From contig CAYVDD010000001.1 of the NCBI GenBank assembly GCA_964450805.1, forward strand, positions 329,288 through 393,287: a stretch of 64,000 nt of DNA, read 5' to 3'. How positions within the stretch are numbered: position 1 is the stretch's first letter; every line of letters starts with the position of its first letter. The notes below the pieces were generated by a model. That model did no database searches. It was given only the letters and a program-made list of their open reading frames with translations, and was not told where the DNA came from. Shown here piece by piece: positions 17,208-26,427 of this stretch. The position numbers and the translations under genes are program-made. This DNA comes from an uncultured Candidatus Saccharibacteria bacterium (GTDB taxonomy: Bacteria; Patescibacteriota; Minisyncoccia; Minisyncoccales; JANBVM01).

Positions 17208-19099
17208 GCTTCTAGAAGAACTTTTAGATATTTTAAAGAACGTTGATATTTCCAAGCTTTTGAGAATTGATGAAGGGGCAAAACAGTTTTAGTAAAATTA
17301 GAAGTATCTATTTGAGGTAATATTTCAAGAGCTTTTTTAAAATCCTGAGCAGCACCCCCCACTGAACCAATAATAAACTTTTCATTTCCCACAACATCTT
17401 CAAAATTGTATTCGATTCTTGCGTAGGGAAAACCTAAAATTAAAAGAATGGAACCAGTTCTACTTTGTCTTAAAACCTGCTTCAAAGCTTGTTCTGAACC
17501 AGTTGCTTCAATAATCAAATCAAATTGATTTAAATTTTTAACTTCTTGAGAAGTTGTTGTTTGATCTTTTAAAAATTCTAATCTATTTTGATTTTTATCA
17601 AAAACAACAACATCATGGCCAGAATTTAAAATAACTTGAGCAGAAAGATGACCAATAGGTCCTGCTCCAATAACAGCGCATTTACTCCTGTTTTTCATTA
17701 CTTGATCAGGAACTCGTCTTAAAGCTCGTAAAACCACAGCTAAAGGCTCTGCCAAAGAAGCTGTTTTAAGATCTACCTCATCAGGAATCTTATGAATATA
17801 ATTTGCAGGTAGAACTATGTATTTAGCATAGGCTCCATTGTAATTCATGACCCCAACCTCTTTTCTTTGACTGCAAGCAATATTAGATCCTTTAATACAA
17901 TAAGAACACTTACCACAAGACAAAATACATTCTCCTACTACTCGATCCCCTATTTTCCAATCAACTCTGTTATTAACCCCTATTTTTACAATTGTCCCTG
18001 AGAACTCATGACCAGGAATAATTGGATATTTAGCTATTCCCTTCTTATAATATCCAAGGTCGCCATCATAAACTTCCAAATCAGTTCTACAAACTCCAAC
18101 GTAAGCAACCTTTATTAAAACATCTCCTGGTTTCGTTTCTGGTAGAGGTATTTCCTTAAAATTAGCCTTAGATTGTGCAGAAATAACTACACCATAATTA
18201 GAGCTAGGATAATGAAGAGTAAACATATCTTTATTAGATTCAATATCGGCATAATAATACCAGCCTCTTTTTGTTCCCAGCCATTGAGTATATCTAAAAT
18301 GAATAATGTCTTTTAAATGAGAAAATGATAATTCTGAAAAAAATAACTGTATGTCTTTAATGATGCTTTCAATTAACCATAAAACATTGGGCTGAGATTG
18401 AGGAGGATTTGAAAGCCCAATCTGTCTTGCTGCTATAGCTTCTCTTCTGTAACGACTGTATATTTGATTCCAATCTTCATCATGAATATGATGCACTGTT
18501 GATTTGGGTTCATAAATAATACTGTATTTTTTCTGTATCATGTGCTTAGCCCACTGTAAATCTTCAAGACCGAATAAATCCTGTTTGAAATTATGCTCCT
18601 GCCAAAGCTGTTTTCTGATAGCTGAATTAGCATTATTAGCGTAGTAAGAAGAACCATCAAATCTCAAAAGAGAATTGCCGAAAAGTCTTTTAAAATCTCT
18701 TTTTTCTGAAAGTCTAGTGTTTCCAGTAGCAATCTGTTTCCCATAAACCATTGCCACATTCTTATCATTGAAGTGCTTAACTAAATTGCCAAGCCATTTA
18801 TTATTTAATGGTAGTGTATGAGCTGAAACTATAACGAGATATTCTCCTTTTGCATTTTGACAGCCAATATTTAAAGAATAACCAAAGGTAAAATCTCTAC
18901 TTTTTATTTCAATAATTCTAGCAGAGAATTTTTTAGCAATATCTAAAGTTTTATCTATAGAACCAGAATCAACAACAAGAATCTCATAATCACGATAATG
19001 TTGATTCTTAATAGATTGTAGAAGATTCCCAAGATGTTTTTCTTCATTAAATGTTCTAATAATAATACTTACTTTTGGCATAGATTTTTTAAATAACAA
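17204..19099 (-). CDS. fusion protein: N-terminal GT2 glycosyltransferase + C-terminal zinc-dependent alcohol/polyol dehydrogenase (MDR)
   Basis: N-terminus: VSIIIRTFNEEKHLGNLLQSIKNQHYRDYEILVVDSGSIDKT. C-terminus: GVCRTDLEVYDG, PGHEFSG, CGKCSYC and VIGAGPIGH. Confidence 0.8.
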   Translation of the reverse strand: MLFKKSMPKVSIIIRTFNEEKHLGNLLQSIKNQHYRDYEILVVDSGSIDKTLDIAKKFSARIIEIKSRDFTFGYSLNIGCQNAKGEYLVIVSAHTLPLNNKWLGNLVKHFNDKNVAMVYGKQIATGNTRLSEKRDFKRLFGNSLLRFDGSSYYANNANSAIRKQLWQEHNFKQDLFGLEDLQWAKHMIQKKYSIIYEPKSTVHHIHDEDWNQIYSRYRREAIAARQIGLSNPPQSQPNVLWLIESIIKDIQLFFSELSFSHLKDIIHFRYTQWLGTKRGWYYYADIESNKDMFTLHYPSSNYGVVISAQSKANFKEIPLPETKPGDVLIKVAYVGVCRTDLEVYDGDLGYYKKGIAKYPIIPGHEFSGTIVKIGVNNRVDWKIGDRVVGECILSCGKCSYCIKGSNIACSQRKEVGVMNYNGAYAKYIVLPANYIHKIPDEVDLKTASLAEPLAVVLRALRRVPDQVMKNRSKCAVIGAGPIGHLSAQVILNSGHDVVVFDKNQNRLEFLKDQTTTSQEVKNLNQFDLIIEATGSEQALKQVLRQSRTGSILLILGFPYARIEYNFEDVVGNEKFIIGSVGGAAQDFKKALEILPQIDTSNFTKTVLPLHQFSKAWKYQRSLKYLKVLLEA

Positions 19100-19813
19100 T
19101 TAAGGTTTTTTCCAGCAACCGCAATAAATATCCCAAGCATTTAATTCATTAGTAATCTCTTCTAAAGAGCAAAAATCTCCAGTTTTATGACTATAGAATT
19201 TCTCTTCTACGCATATTAAACCAGTACAGAAATTTTTAATCATTTCATAGTTATAAACTTTATTACTATTAAAATTAATTGAAGGATGATTGTTGTTTAT
19301 TGTAGTAGTGAAAATTAAATGTCCTCCTGGCTTTGTTACTCTGATCATTTCTTGGAAAGCTTTATGGTCAGCGTTTAAATCAAACTCATCACCATAACGC
19401 CCAAGGCCAAAATGCTCTAAAGTACATAATGATATTACCATATCAAATGAATTATTAGTTAAGTCTAGATTTTTAGCATCACCAGTTATTACAGTTTCAT
19501 TCTTTAATGCAGGCTTTCTATGACGAACATCTAATGTTGTAACCTCAAAGTTTGACAATATCCCAAGAATAAAGTGCCTGTAAGATCCTATATCTAAAAT
19601 ATTTTTGGGATTTATTTGAGCTATATGATAAGCTGCAAATTTACATTCATAATCCATAGAATTTTCTGGATGATTTCCAATCTCATACCTAAATTTCTTA
19701 AAAATTTTAAACACTCCTGGGTTTTCTTTTAAAAATTGAAGGTTACGTTTATAATCTCTTATAAATTCTTTAGGAGTCTTTTTTCTTTTTTTGTGTTTAA
19801 ACATAAAAAACAT
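19100..19813 (-). CDS. class I SAM-dependent methyltransferase (DUF268-like)
   Basis: ILDIGSY...LCTLEHFGLGRYGD...PGGHLIFTT. Confidence 0.6.
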   Translation of the reverse strand: MFFMFKHKKRKKTPKEFIRDYKRNLQFLKENPGVFKIFKKFRYEIGNHPENSMDYECKFAAYHIAQINPKNILDIGSYRHFILGILSNFEVTTLDVRHRKPALKNETVITGDAKNLDLTNNSFDMVISLCTLEHFGLGRYGDEFDLNADHKAFQEMIRVTKPGGHLIFTTTINNNHPSINFNSNKVYNYEMIKNFCTGLICVEEKFYSHKTGDFCSLEEITNELNAWDIYCGCWKKP

Positions 19814-19883
19814 ACAATAGTTATTCTATTTTTATCCAAAATAAATAAAAAACCCAAAGCTTACATATTTACTTATTGTTCGT

Positions 19884-20657
19884 TCATGTCTTCGCATAAC
19901 TTACAATTAAAGGATCTTTTTTCATTAATTGCTCAACTATATGCAAATCTTCTGGAGTATCAACAGAATGACTTTGAAATTCAGTTAAGGCCATTTTAAT
20001 CTTGCCTCCATGCTCTAATATCCTAAGCATATCTATAGATTCAGCAATCTCTAGGGCACTCTGCTCGAGTTCATTAAACTCCAATAAACAATCCCTTGTG
20101 AACGGAATAATACAAACTTGTTTAAACATAGGTACGTCACCTGATGCTTGTTTCTTAGAAGGAATAGGTTCACGAGAGAAGTAAATTGCAAAATTATTCT
20201 TATCAATTACTGTTTTAATACAGTTAGGATCATTATACTCTTCTAAACTTGTAATAGGAGCTATTAAATTAACTAATTTAATAGAAGGATCATTTAATAT
20301 TGGCTTGATTGAAGCATCGATCATCTCAGGCTGAACCATTGGCTCATCACCCTGAATCATATTAACAATATCTACTCTTTGACCAGTACGAGATTCTATT
20401 TTAAGCATTGCTTCAGCGGTCCTATCAGAAGCTCTTTTATGGGTATTTTTTGTCATAACCCACTTAGCTCCAATAGACTCTGCATAATTACCTATTTCCT
20501 GGTCACAAGTAGCAATATACACCTCATTCAAGGTTTTGCTCATTTTACTTCTAAACCAAACATGACCTACCATTTCAGTACCTAATATTTTAGCTAAAGG
20601 TTTACCTGGGAATCTTGTTGATCCCATACGAGCCGGGATAATCCCTATAATATTCAT
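19884..20657 (-). CDS. kdsB: 3-deoxy-manno-octulosonate cytidylyltransferase family (CMP-ulosonic acid synthetase)
   Basis: IIPARMGSTRFPGKPLAKILG, IQGDEP and ESIDMLRILEHGGKI motifs in KdsB order. Confidence 0.7.
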   Translation of the reverse strand: MNIIGIIPARMGSTRFPGKPLAKILGTEMVGHVWFRSKMSKTLNEVYIATCDQEIGNYAESIGAKWVMTKNTHKRASDRTAEAMLKIESRTGQRVDIVNMIQGDEPMVQPEMIDASIKPILNDPSIKLVNLIAPITSLEEYNDPNCIKTVIDKNNFAIYFSREPIPSKKQASGDVPMFKQVCIIPFTRDCLLEFNELEQSALEIAESIDMLRILEHGGKIKMALTEFQSHSVDTPEDLHIVEQLMKKDPLIVSYAKT

Positions 20658-20732
20658 AGTATATGAGTCGATTATTTGTATATGTTAATTTAGATTATAA
20701 GAAAGGGAGTGTCAAGCTAATTTATTCTATTT

Positions 20733-21731
20733 TTAATGTAGTTTTTTGTCTCGTTTTTTGGCTAATATTCTCATATGAGAGCTAAAACCATTTTTACCTA
20801 TCCAGTCCTGAAGTTGGTCTTTTGCTTTGGAGTCTGCTTTTTTAATAATTAATTCCCAAAACCGTCCAGGACTCACTCCTTCGTTCTGGTATACTCCCTC
20901 TACAATATCCCAATCCAGCCTGCCAGGGGTTGAAATATCTTTAACTGCAAATCCCTGTGACTTAAGCAAAAGACTGATTGAATCAGGATTAAAGAAATTT
21001 AAATGCTGAGGCGGAGCTATGCTTTTTGATTTTTCCCAGAGCACTTGAATGTCAAAACCTTCACCATTTAAAGTGGTAAGAAAAAAATATCCTCCTGGAC
21101 GCAAGAGATTCCATGCTTTTTTTAAAAATTTACTAGGATCATATAAATGTTCAAATAGTTCAAAGGAAGTGAGAAGGTCAAATTTTTCATCCCAGCCTGT
21201 TACATTTTCTAAAACAGAGGGAATAACTTCTAATCCTTTTTGCTTGCATATCTTAATCATATCCAAAGATGGTTCAATAGCTATCATTTTGGCAGAGGGC
21301 CAAAACCTAGCCAACTCTTCAAGGAAAATTCCAAAACCAGCTCCAATATCTCCAACTACTTGAAGTGTGTTCTTAAAAAATCTGTCCCTTATAAATTTAG
21401 CTCTTGGCCGAAATATCTTTGTTCGCCGAGCCTCACTTACTGGCTTAAAGAATTTTTCCACCCAAAAAGTAGAGGAGTCAGACTTAGTATAGAATTTATC
21501 TAAAGCTTTAAGGGAAGGACGAGGATTAACAAAAAGTGTTCTACATGTCTGGCACAAAACATAAGTAAAATTTAATTTATTAAATTGGGATTTAAAATCT
21601 TTGCTGCCACAAGCAGGACAATCAATATTTAAAAACTGTTTATTATCAGCAAACATTTTTTTAACATCTTCTTCAACAAGCTTGAGATATTGATTATGAG
21701 TTTCTCTTTTACGAATATCTTCTTCTTTCAT
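20733..21731 (-). CDS. class I SAM methyltransferase with N-terminal Cys4 zinc ribbon
   Basis: CPACGS...CQTCRTLF, then VGDIGAGFGIFLEEL and PGGYFFLTT. Confidence 0.7.
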   Translation of the reverse strand: MKEEDIRKRETHNQYLKLVEEDVKKMFADNKQFLNIDCPACGSKDFKSQFNKLNFTYVLCQTCRTLFVNPRPSLKALDKFYTKSDSSTFWVEKFFKPVSEARRTKIFRPRAKFIRDRFFKNTLQVVGDIGAGFGIFLEELARFWPSAKMIAIEPSLDMIKICKQKGLEVIPSVLENVTGWDEKFDLLTSFELFEHLYDPSKFLKKAWNLLRPGGYFFLTTLNGEGFDIQVLWEKSKSIAPPQHLNFFNPDSISLLLKSQGFAVKDISTPGRLDWDIVEGVYQNEGVSPGRFWELIIKKADSKAKDQLQDWIGKNGFSSHMRILAKKRDKKLH

Positions 21732-21796
21732 ATTAAACTGATAAATATTATTATATAAGGACCTGATTTAATCAAGCTATTTTCTCAATAACAAAT

Positions 21797-23032
21797 TCAG
21801 CTTTCCATTAATTTCTGATACCAGAAAAGTGTATCCTGAATGTGTTTTTTTAAGCTAAAATGCTTTTTTAACCTCTCATAACCAGCTTCTCCAAATTTCT
21901 CTGCTTTTTTAGGGTTTTTCAGTAAATAAGCAATCTTTTCTGCCATCAGCTCAACATTAAAAGGATTGATTATATAGCCAGTAATTCCATTCTGAATAAC
22001 TTCCTGAGCTCCTCCAAAGCAAGTGGCTATTACTGGTTTTTTACAAGCCATTCCCTCTAAAACTATTCTTGGAAACGAATCAAAAGCAATAGAGGGCACA
22101 ATAACAACTCGGCTGCTATGATAAGCTAATTTCAGTTCATTACTGTCAAGCCAGCCGGCTAAGATAATATTATTCTTTACCCCTATATCTTTAGCAAACT
22201 CTAAAAGGTATTGAACATAGCGATCTTTTTTTCCTGCCACGAATAAAACAGTTTCTGGAACCTTTTTAATGATTTTTTTCATTATTTTAATGATTTTTTT
22301 ACCTCCTTTTAATTCGCTCATTCTACCTCCAAAAAACACTATTTTCTTGCCCTCAAGGTCATATTTTTTAAAAAATTCTTTGACATGTTTGTGGTCAACC
22401 TGCCAATCATTAACATCTGTTCCAGTATAGCTTACCTCAACATTCCTTATTCCATTCTGCTCTAGAGCACTTTTTAAAGCATTGCTCACAGCAAAAAGCT
22501 TATCAGGATATTTTAAATATCTTCTAATCAGAAAATTCCTCAATGGATTATATCTCTTCCCTGCCTGTTTTAAATGATCTTTCCATGTAAGCCTAGAGTC
22601 AAAATCTTTTAAATACTTTTCGGTAGCCATTTTTCCATAACTAAACGATATTACATCTCTGGCGGTGAAGAAAAGAGGCTTGTTGTATTTCTTTGCTATT
22701 TTCAAACAATGATAAGAAAGATAATGGTGTATGTTGTGAGCATGAATAACATCGGGTTTAATTCTCTTCATTAATTCTTTAACCCTGCCTACAGTTTGAG
22801 GATTATATAATCCAAGGTAACCAGCCCATCTGTGATTATATTTGGTGTAAATCCTAAATATATCCATTCCTTTATAGGTTACACTTCCCTCTTCTTTTTT
22901 ATCCCTGACTGTACTAACAACAAAAACTTTGTGTCCAGCATCATGTAAACCATGAGCTAAATAAAAAGTAGAATATCCTGCTCCCCCAAAACTTTTAGGA
23001 GGGAAATCATCTGATAGAATTAAAATTTTCAT
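21797..23032 (-). CDS. GT4-family (GT-B) glycosyltransferase
   Basis: MKILILSDDFPP...GGAG and FDSFPRIVLEGMACKKPVIAT (E-x7-E region). Confidence 0.8.
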   Translation of the reverse strand: MKILILSDDFPPKSFGGAGYSTFYLAHGLHDAGHKVFVVSTVRDKKEEGSVTYKGMDIFRIYTKYNHRWAGYLGLYNPQTVGRVKELMKRIKPDVIHAHNIHHYLSYHCLKIAKKYNKPLFFTARDVISFSYGKMATEKYLKDFDSRLTWKDHLKQAGKRYNPLRNFLIRRYLKYPDKLFAVSNALKSALEQNGIRNVEVSYTGTDVNDWQVDHKHVKEFFKKYDLEGKKIVFFGGRMSELKGGKKIIKIMKKIIKKVPETVLFVAGKKDRYVQYLLEFAKDIGVKNNIILAGWLDSNELKLAYHSSRVVIVPSIAFDSFPRIVLEGMACKKPVIATCFGGAQEVIQNGITGYIINPFNVELMAEKIAYLLKNPKKAEKFGEAGYERLKKHFSLKKHIQDTLFWYQKLMES

Positions 23033-24426
23033 TGTTTATTCTTTTTAAAAATTGCATTATATACGGTTTTAAGAATAGATTTCAACAATGGCTTTGATAA
23101 AATAGATTCCTGAAACTGCTCTATTTTTACCATTAAAGCTTTTTTAATATCATAGTGTTTGTAAACATCAAACTTAAAGTTTCTAGCTGCCCTCTCTATT
23201 TCTTTTTTTGAAATAGTAGGAAGATTTAAAATTGATGTCTTCATGTAAGAATCAGCTGATATGCTGCTGATAAATCCCTCTTTAATACAGCGGTCTCCAA
23301 GGATTGTTCCAATATAAGGATAAAATATTGTAATCTGCATAAAGTCTGGCTTGATCCTGGTATTTAGTTTGATTGTATCCTGAATGGTTTTTTTTGTTTC
23401 TCCAGGAATACCAACCATATTGAATGAAAATGTTTTTAATCCTATTTCTTTTGCCTTGTCAAATAAATCAATGATGTCTTGATTGCTGATATTTCTATTA
23501 AGAACTTTTTTCCTTAAATCTTCATTTCCAGTTTCCACTCCAACCTTTATTAAATTACATCTGCTGTTTTTCAAAATCTTCAAAGTATTTTCGTCAATTG
23601 TGCCAGGTCTTGCATTACATTCAAAGGTTGTATCTGGAAAATCTTTGGCAAACCTGTTGCAGAATCTCAAAAGCCACTCGGTGTTAAAAGAAAAAGTGTC
23701 ATCATCTAATTTAATATGTTTGAATTTGTAACGATTTTTAAGATCTTTGATTTCTCTAATTGCCTTGTCAACGCTTAAAAACCTTAAATATGTACCAAGA
23801 CCTGTCCATTGTTTTCTTAATGCATGGTTGCAGCAGTAAGTACAGCTGAATGGACATCCTCTTGAGAAAATAAATCTGGGTACAACCTGCTTCTGTCCAT
23901 ATTTCTTAAAATATCTGAAAATAGACCTGTCAGGAAAAGGAAGTCCATCTAAACTTTTTATTAAAGGACGGTATCCATTTTTAATAATAGTTTCACCTTT
24001 ACGAAACCAGAAATTCTTAACATCAAAATAATCCTCACCTTTCTCAATCCTATTAATCACTTCTAAAAAAGCTTCCTCTACCTCTCCTATACAAACACCA
24101 TCAAAAGCTTTTTCTTCTTCAAATGATTCGGGATATAAAATGGTGTGAATTCCTCCTACAAAAATGGGTGTAGAATGGTTTTGTTTAATTGCCTGAGCTA
24201 TTTTTCTAGCATAAGGAAACTGATGAGAGTTGACTGAGATACCAATAATATCAGGCTGTTCTTGTCTTATATTCTTTAACAATTCTTTTAAATGATCATT
24301 TAAATTATCTATCTCAAATAAATCAAAGTTATGTCCAGCTTTCTTAAGCACAGCTGATATTAAAGCAATACCAACATGCCAAACACAGCCAGAATCTATT
24401 TGAGGCAAAATAAATAATATCTTCAT
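23029..24426 (-). CDS. B12-binding (class B) radical SAM enzyme
   Basis: N-terminal B12-binding-like Rossmann region (PDIIGISV...), then SRGCPFSCTYCCNH (CxxxCxxC). Confidence 0.8.
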   Translation of the reverse strand: MKILFILPQIDSGCVWHVGIALISAVLKKAGHNFDLFEIDNLNDHLKELLKNIRQEQPDIIGISVNSHQFPYARKIAQAIKQNHSTPIFVGGIHTILYPESFEEEKAFDGVCIGEVEEAFLEVINRIEKGEDYFDVKNFWFRKGETIIKNGYRPLIKSLDGLPFPDRSIFRYFKKYGQKQVVPRFIFSRGCPFSCTYCCNHALRKQWTGLGTYLRFLSVDKAIREIKDLKNRYKFKHIKLDDDTFSFNTEWLLRFCNRFAKDFPDTTFECNARPGTIDENTLKILKNSRCNLIKVGVETGNEDLRKKVLNRNISNQDIIDLFDKAKEIGLKTFSFNMVGIPGETKKTIQDTIKLNTRIKPDFMQITIFYPYIGTILGDRCIKEGFISSISADSYMKTSILNLPTISKKEIERAARNFKFDVYKHYDIKKALMVKIEQFQESILSKPLLKSILKTVYNAIFKKNKQ

Positions 24427-24560
24427 AATAAAGTTTCCAGGACCTGGCTGTTAGTTAAATAGACAGCATTATCACGATTAGAAATCCATTGGTTCATCAT
24501 GCATTTCATTAACAAATGATTCTGTTAATAATATTTTTCCTCTTGGCTTGTAAATATATA

Positions 24561-25313
24561 TTATTTTTTAAAAGCTACAGCTGTTAATTGAATAAAACGG
24601 TCGAAGCGCTTCGGCCTTTCATTGTGTTTTAAAAACGGATTAAAACCTATAAGAGAAACAATATTAATCAGCCATTTGAAAACAGGTCTGTAAAATGTCC
24701 AGCGTGAGCTGTAAGTATAGGGAAAAAACCACAAAGCAGGATGGCTTTGAAAAATTTCAATATTGTTAAAATCAGATTCCAGTAAAGATTTCAACTCATT
24801 AGGATAATATTCTTTAACATGATATTTATCCCAAAGATTTTCTCCGAATTTATAGGGAGTGCTTATTACAATCTTACCATTTTGCTTTAGAACTCTTTTA
24901 GCTTCCTTCAATAATCTTTCAGGCTCCTGAACATGTTCAATAATGTCGCTTAAAACAACGCAGTCAATTGAATTATTATCAACAGGAATATTGTAAGCAT
25001 CAGTCAAAATAAACTGGGCTGGAACTTTCTTTTTTTCAAAAATCTTTTCAGCCAACTGAATTCCTTCTTTTGAATTGTCCACTCCAATAATATCAGCTCC
25101 TTTCTCAGCAATTCTGTAAGTTAAAGCTCCGTCACCACATCCAATATCAAGAATCTTCTTGTCTTTAACGTCTCCTAAAACACGCAAAACCCATTCAAAT
25201 CTTGCTTCTTGAACAGCATTGAATTTAAATATAGAACGCTTAGCATCTTCCCAATGATAAGCTCCTTTTTTCTTGTATTTATCAAATTCTATTTCTTGAA
25301 CCATAAAAATCAA
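24561..25313 (-). CDS. class I SAM-dependent methyltransferase
   Basis: ILDIGCGDGALTYRIAEKGADIIGVD...VLSDIIEHV. Confidence 0.75.
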   Translation of the reverse strand: MIFMVQEIEFDKYKKKGAYHWEDAKRSIFKFNAVQEARFEWVLRVLGDVKDKKILDIGCGDGALTYRIAEKGADIIGVDNSKEGIQLAEKIFEKKKVPAQFILTDAYNIPVDNNSIDCVVLSDIIEHVQEPERLLKEAKRVLKQNGKIVISTPYKFGENLWDKYHVKEYYPNELKSLLESDFNNIEIFQSHPALWFFPYTYSSRWTFYRPVFKWLINIVSLIGFNPFLKHNERPKRFDRFIQLTAVAFKK

Positions 25314-26415
25314 TTAATTGTTTTGTCTTAAATTTAATATCATTTTTCCTGGCCCAGTCAATACAATCCTGTTTTTTAATGCTGTTTTTATTCAAAATTA
25401 AGTCTATTTTTTCAGCTATTTCTTGAGCATTATAAGAGTTTACGCTATACCCTGTTTTATTGTTTAAAATTGCTTCTTCACATCCAGAATTCACTGACCC
25501 AATACACGGAACTCCTTTGGCATTGGCTTCCAAAAACACTAACCCGAATCCCTCAAAATGATTATTAGTATTGATAGATATCATTATAAAAAGATCTGCA
25601 TCAGCATAGTATTTATGTAATTTGCTATCCACTATCTCCCCCAAAAAAAAGACTTTATCAAAAAGATTATAATTGTTTATTTTTTTTAGAATCTTTTGAT
25701 AATAAGTGCTCTTCTGATCATAATGCCCTACTATTTGGAAAATAAAATCATTGGAAAAATTTTCCTGATAATATTTAAGAGCTTTAACAACTTCTACAAT
25801 ACCTTTTCTTGGTTTAACTGCTCCAACAAACAATACCTTTTTTGTTTTATTCTTTCTTTTTTCATTCAAGTCAATAATTTTGTGCTTTTTTAAATCAATA
25901 CCATTAGTAATAACTTTTATTTTTTTCTCTAATCCAGAGTAATGATTCATCAAATAATTTTTCGTGTAATTGCTGACTGCTATCACTCCATCCACCTGTT
26001 TATAGTATTTTTTGGATAAAACCCAAGAAATCTTTTTCTTCAGGAAGCTGTTTAATAAAATTGGAGGAACAGAATAAGTTCCATGAACAGTTAAAAAAAC
26101 TTTAATTTTCTTGTTAGATAAAAAATGGAGAATAGCTGCATAAGGCTCCACCATGAAATGGATAATATCGGGGGAAAATTCAGCAATCTTTTTTTTTATC
26201 TTCAAGGCAGTTAGAAAACAAGCAAAAGGATTGGCTATGTATTTTACGGGGGAATCAAGTAGAATATATTCTTTTATTTTTTCTTGGTTAGACTTTTCAG
26301 AGGTTAAACATAAAACATCAAAGCCTAAATTTTGAAGCTCATTAATATAGTCTAAAGAAATCCTACTCCAGCCGTCAGTCCCTTTTAAATGATTAGTTAA
26401 AAACAAAATTTTCAT
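25282..26415 (-). CDS. GT4-family glycosyltransferase
   Basis: FEGFGLVFLEANAKGVPCIGS; GT-B length. Confidence 0.8.
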   Translation of the reverse strand: MKILFLTNHLKGTDGWSRISLDYINELQNLGFDVLCLTSEKSNQEKIKEYILLDSPVKYIANPFACFLTALKIKKKIAEFSPDIIHFMVEPYAAILHFLSNKKIKVFLTVHGTYSVPPILLNSFLKKKISWVLSKKYYKQVDGVIAVSNYTKNYLMNHYSGLEKKIKVITNGIDLKKHKIIDLNEKRKNKTKKVLFVGAVKPRKGIVEVVKALKYYQENFSNDFIFQIVGHYDQKSTYYQKILKKINNYNLFDKVFFLGEIVDSKLHKYYADADLFIMISINTNNHFEGFGLVFLEANAKGVPCIGSVNSGCEEAILNNKTGYSVNSYNAQEIAEKIDLILNKNSIKKQDCIDWARKNDIKFKTKQLIDFYGSRNRI

Positions 26416-26427
26416 TATTCAGATTTT

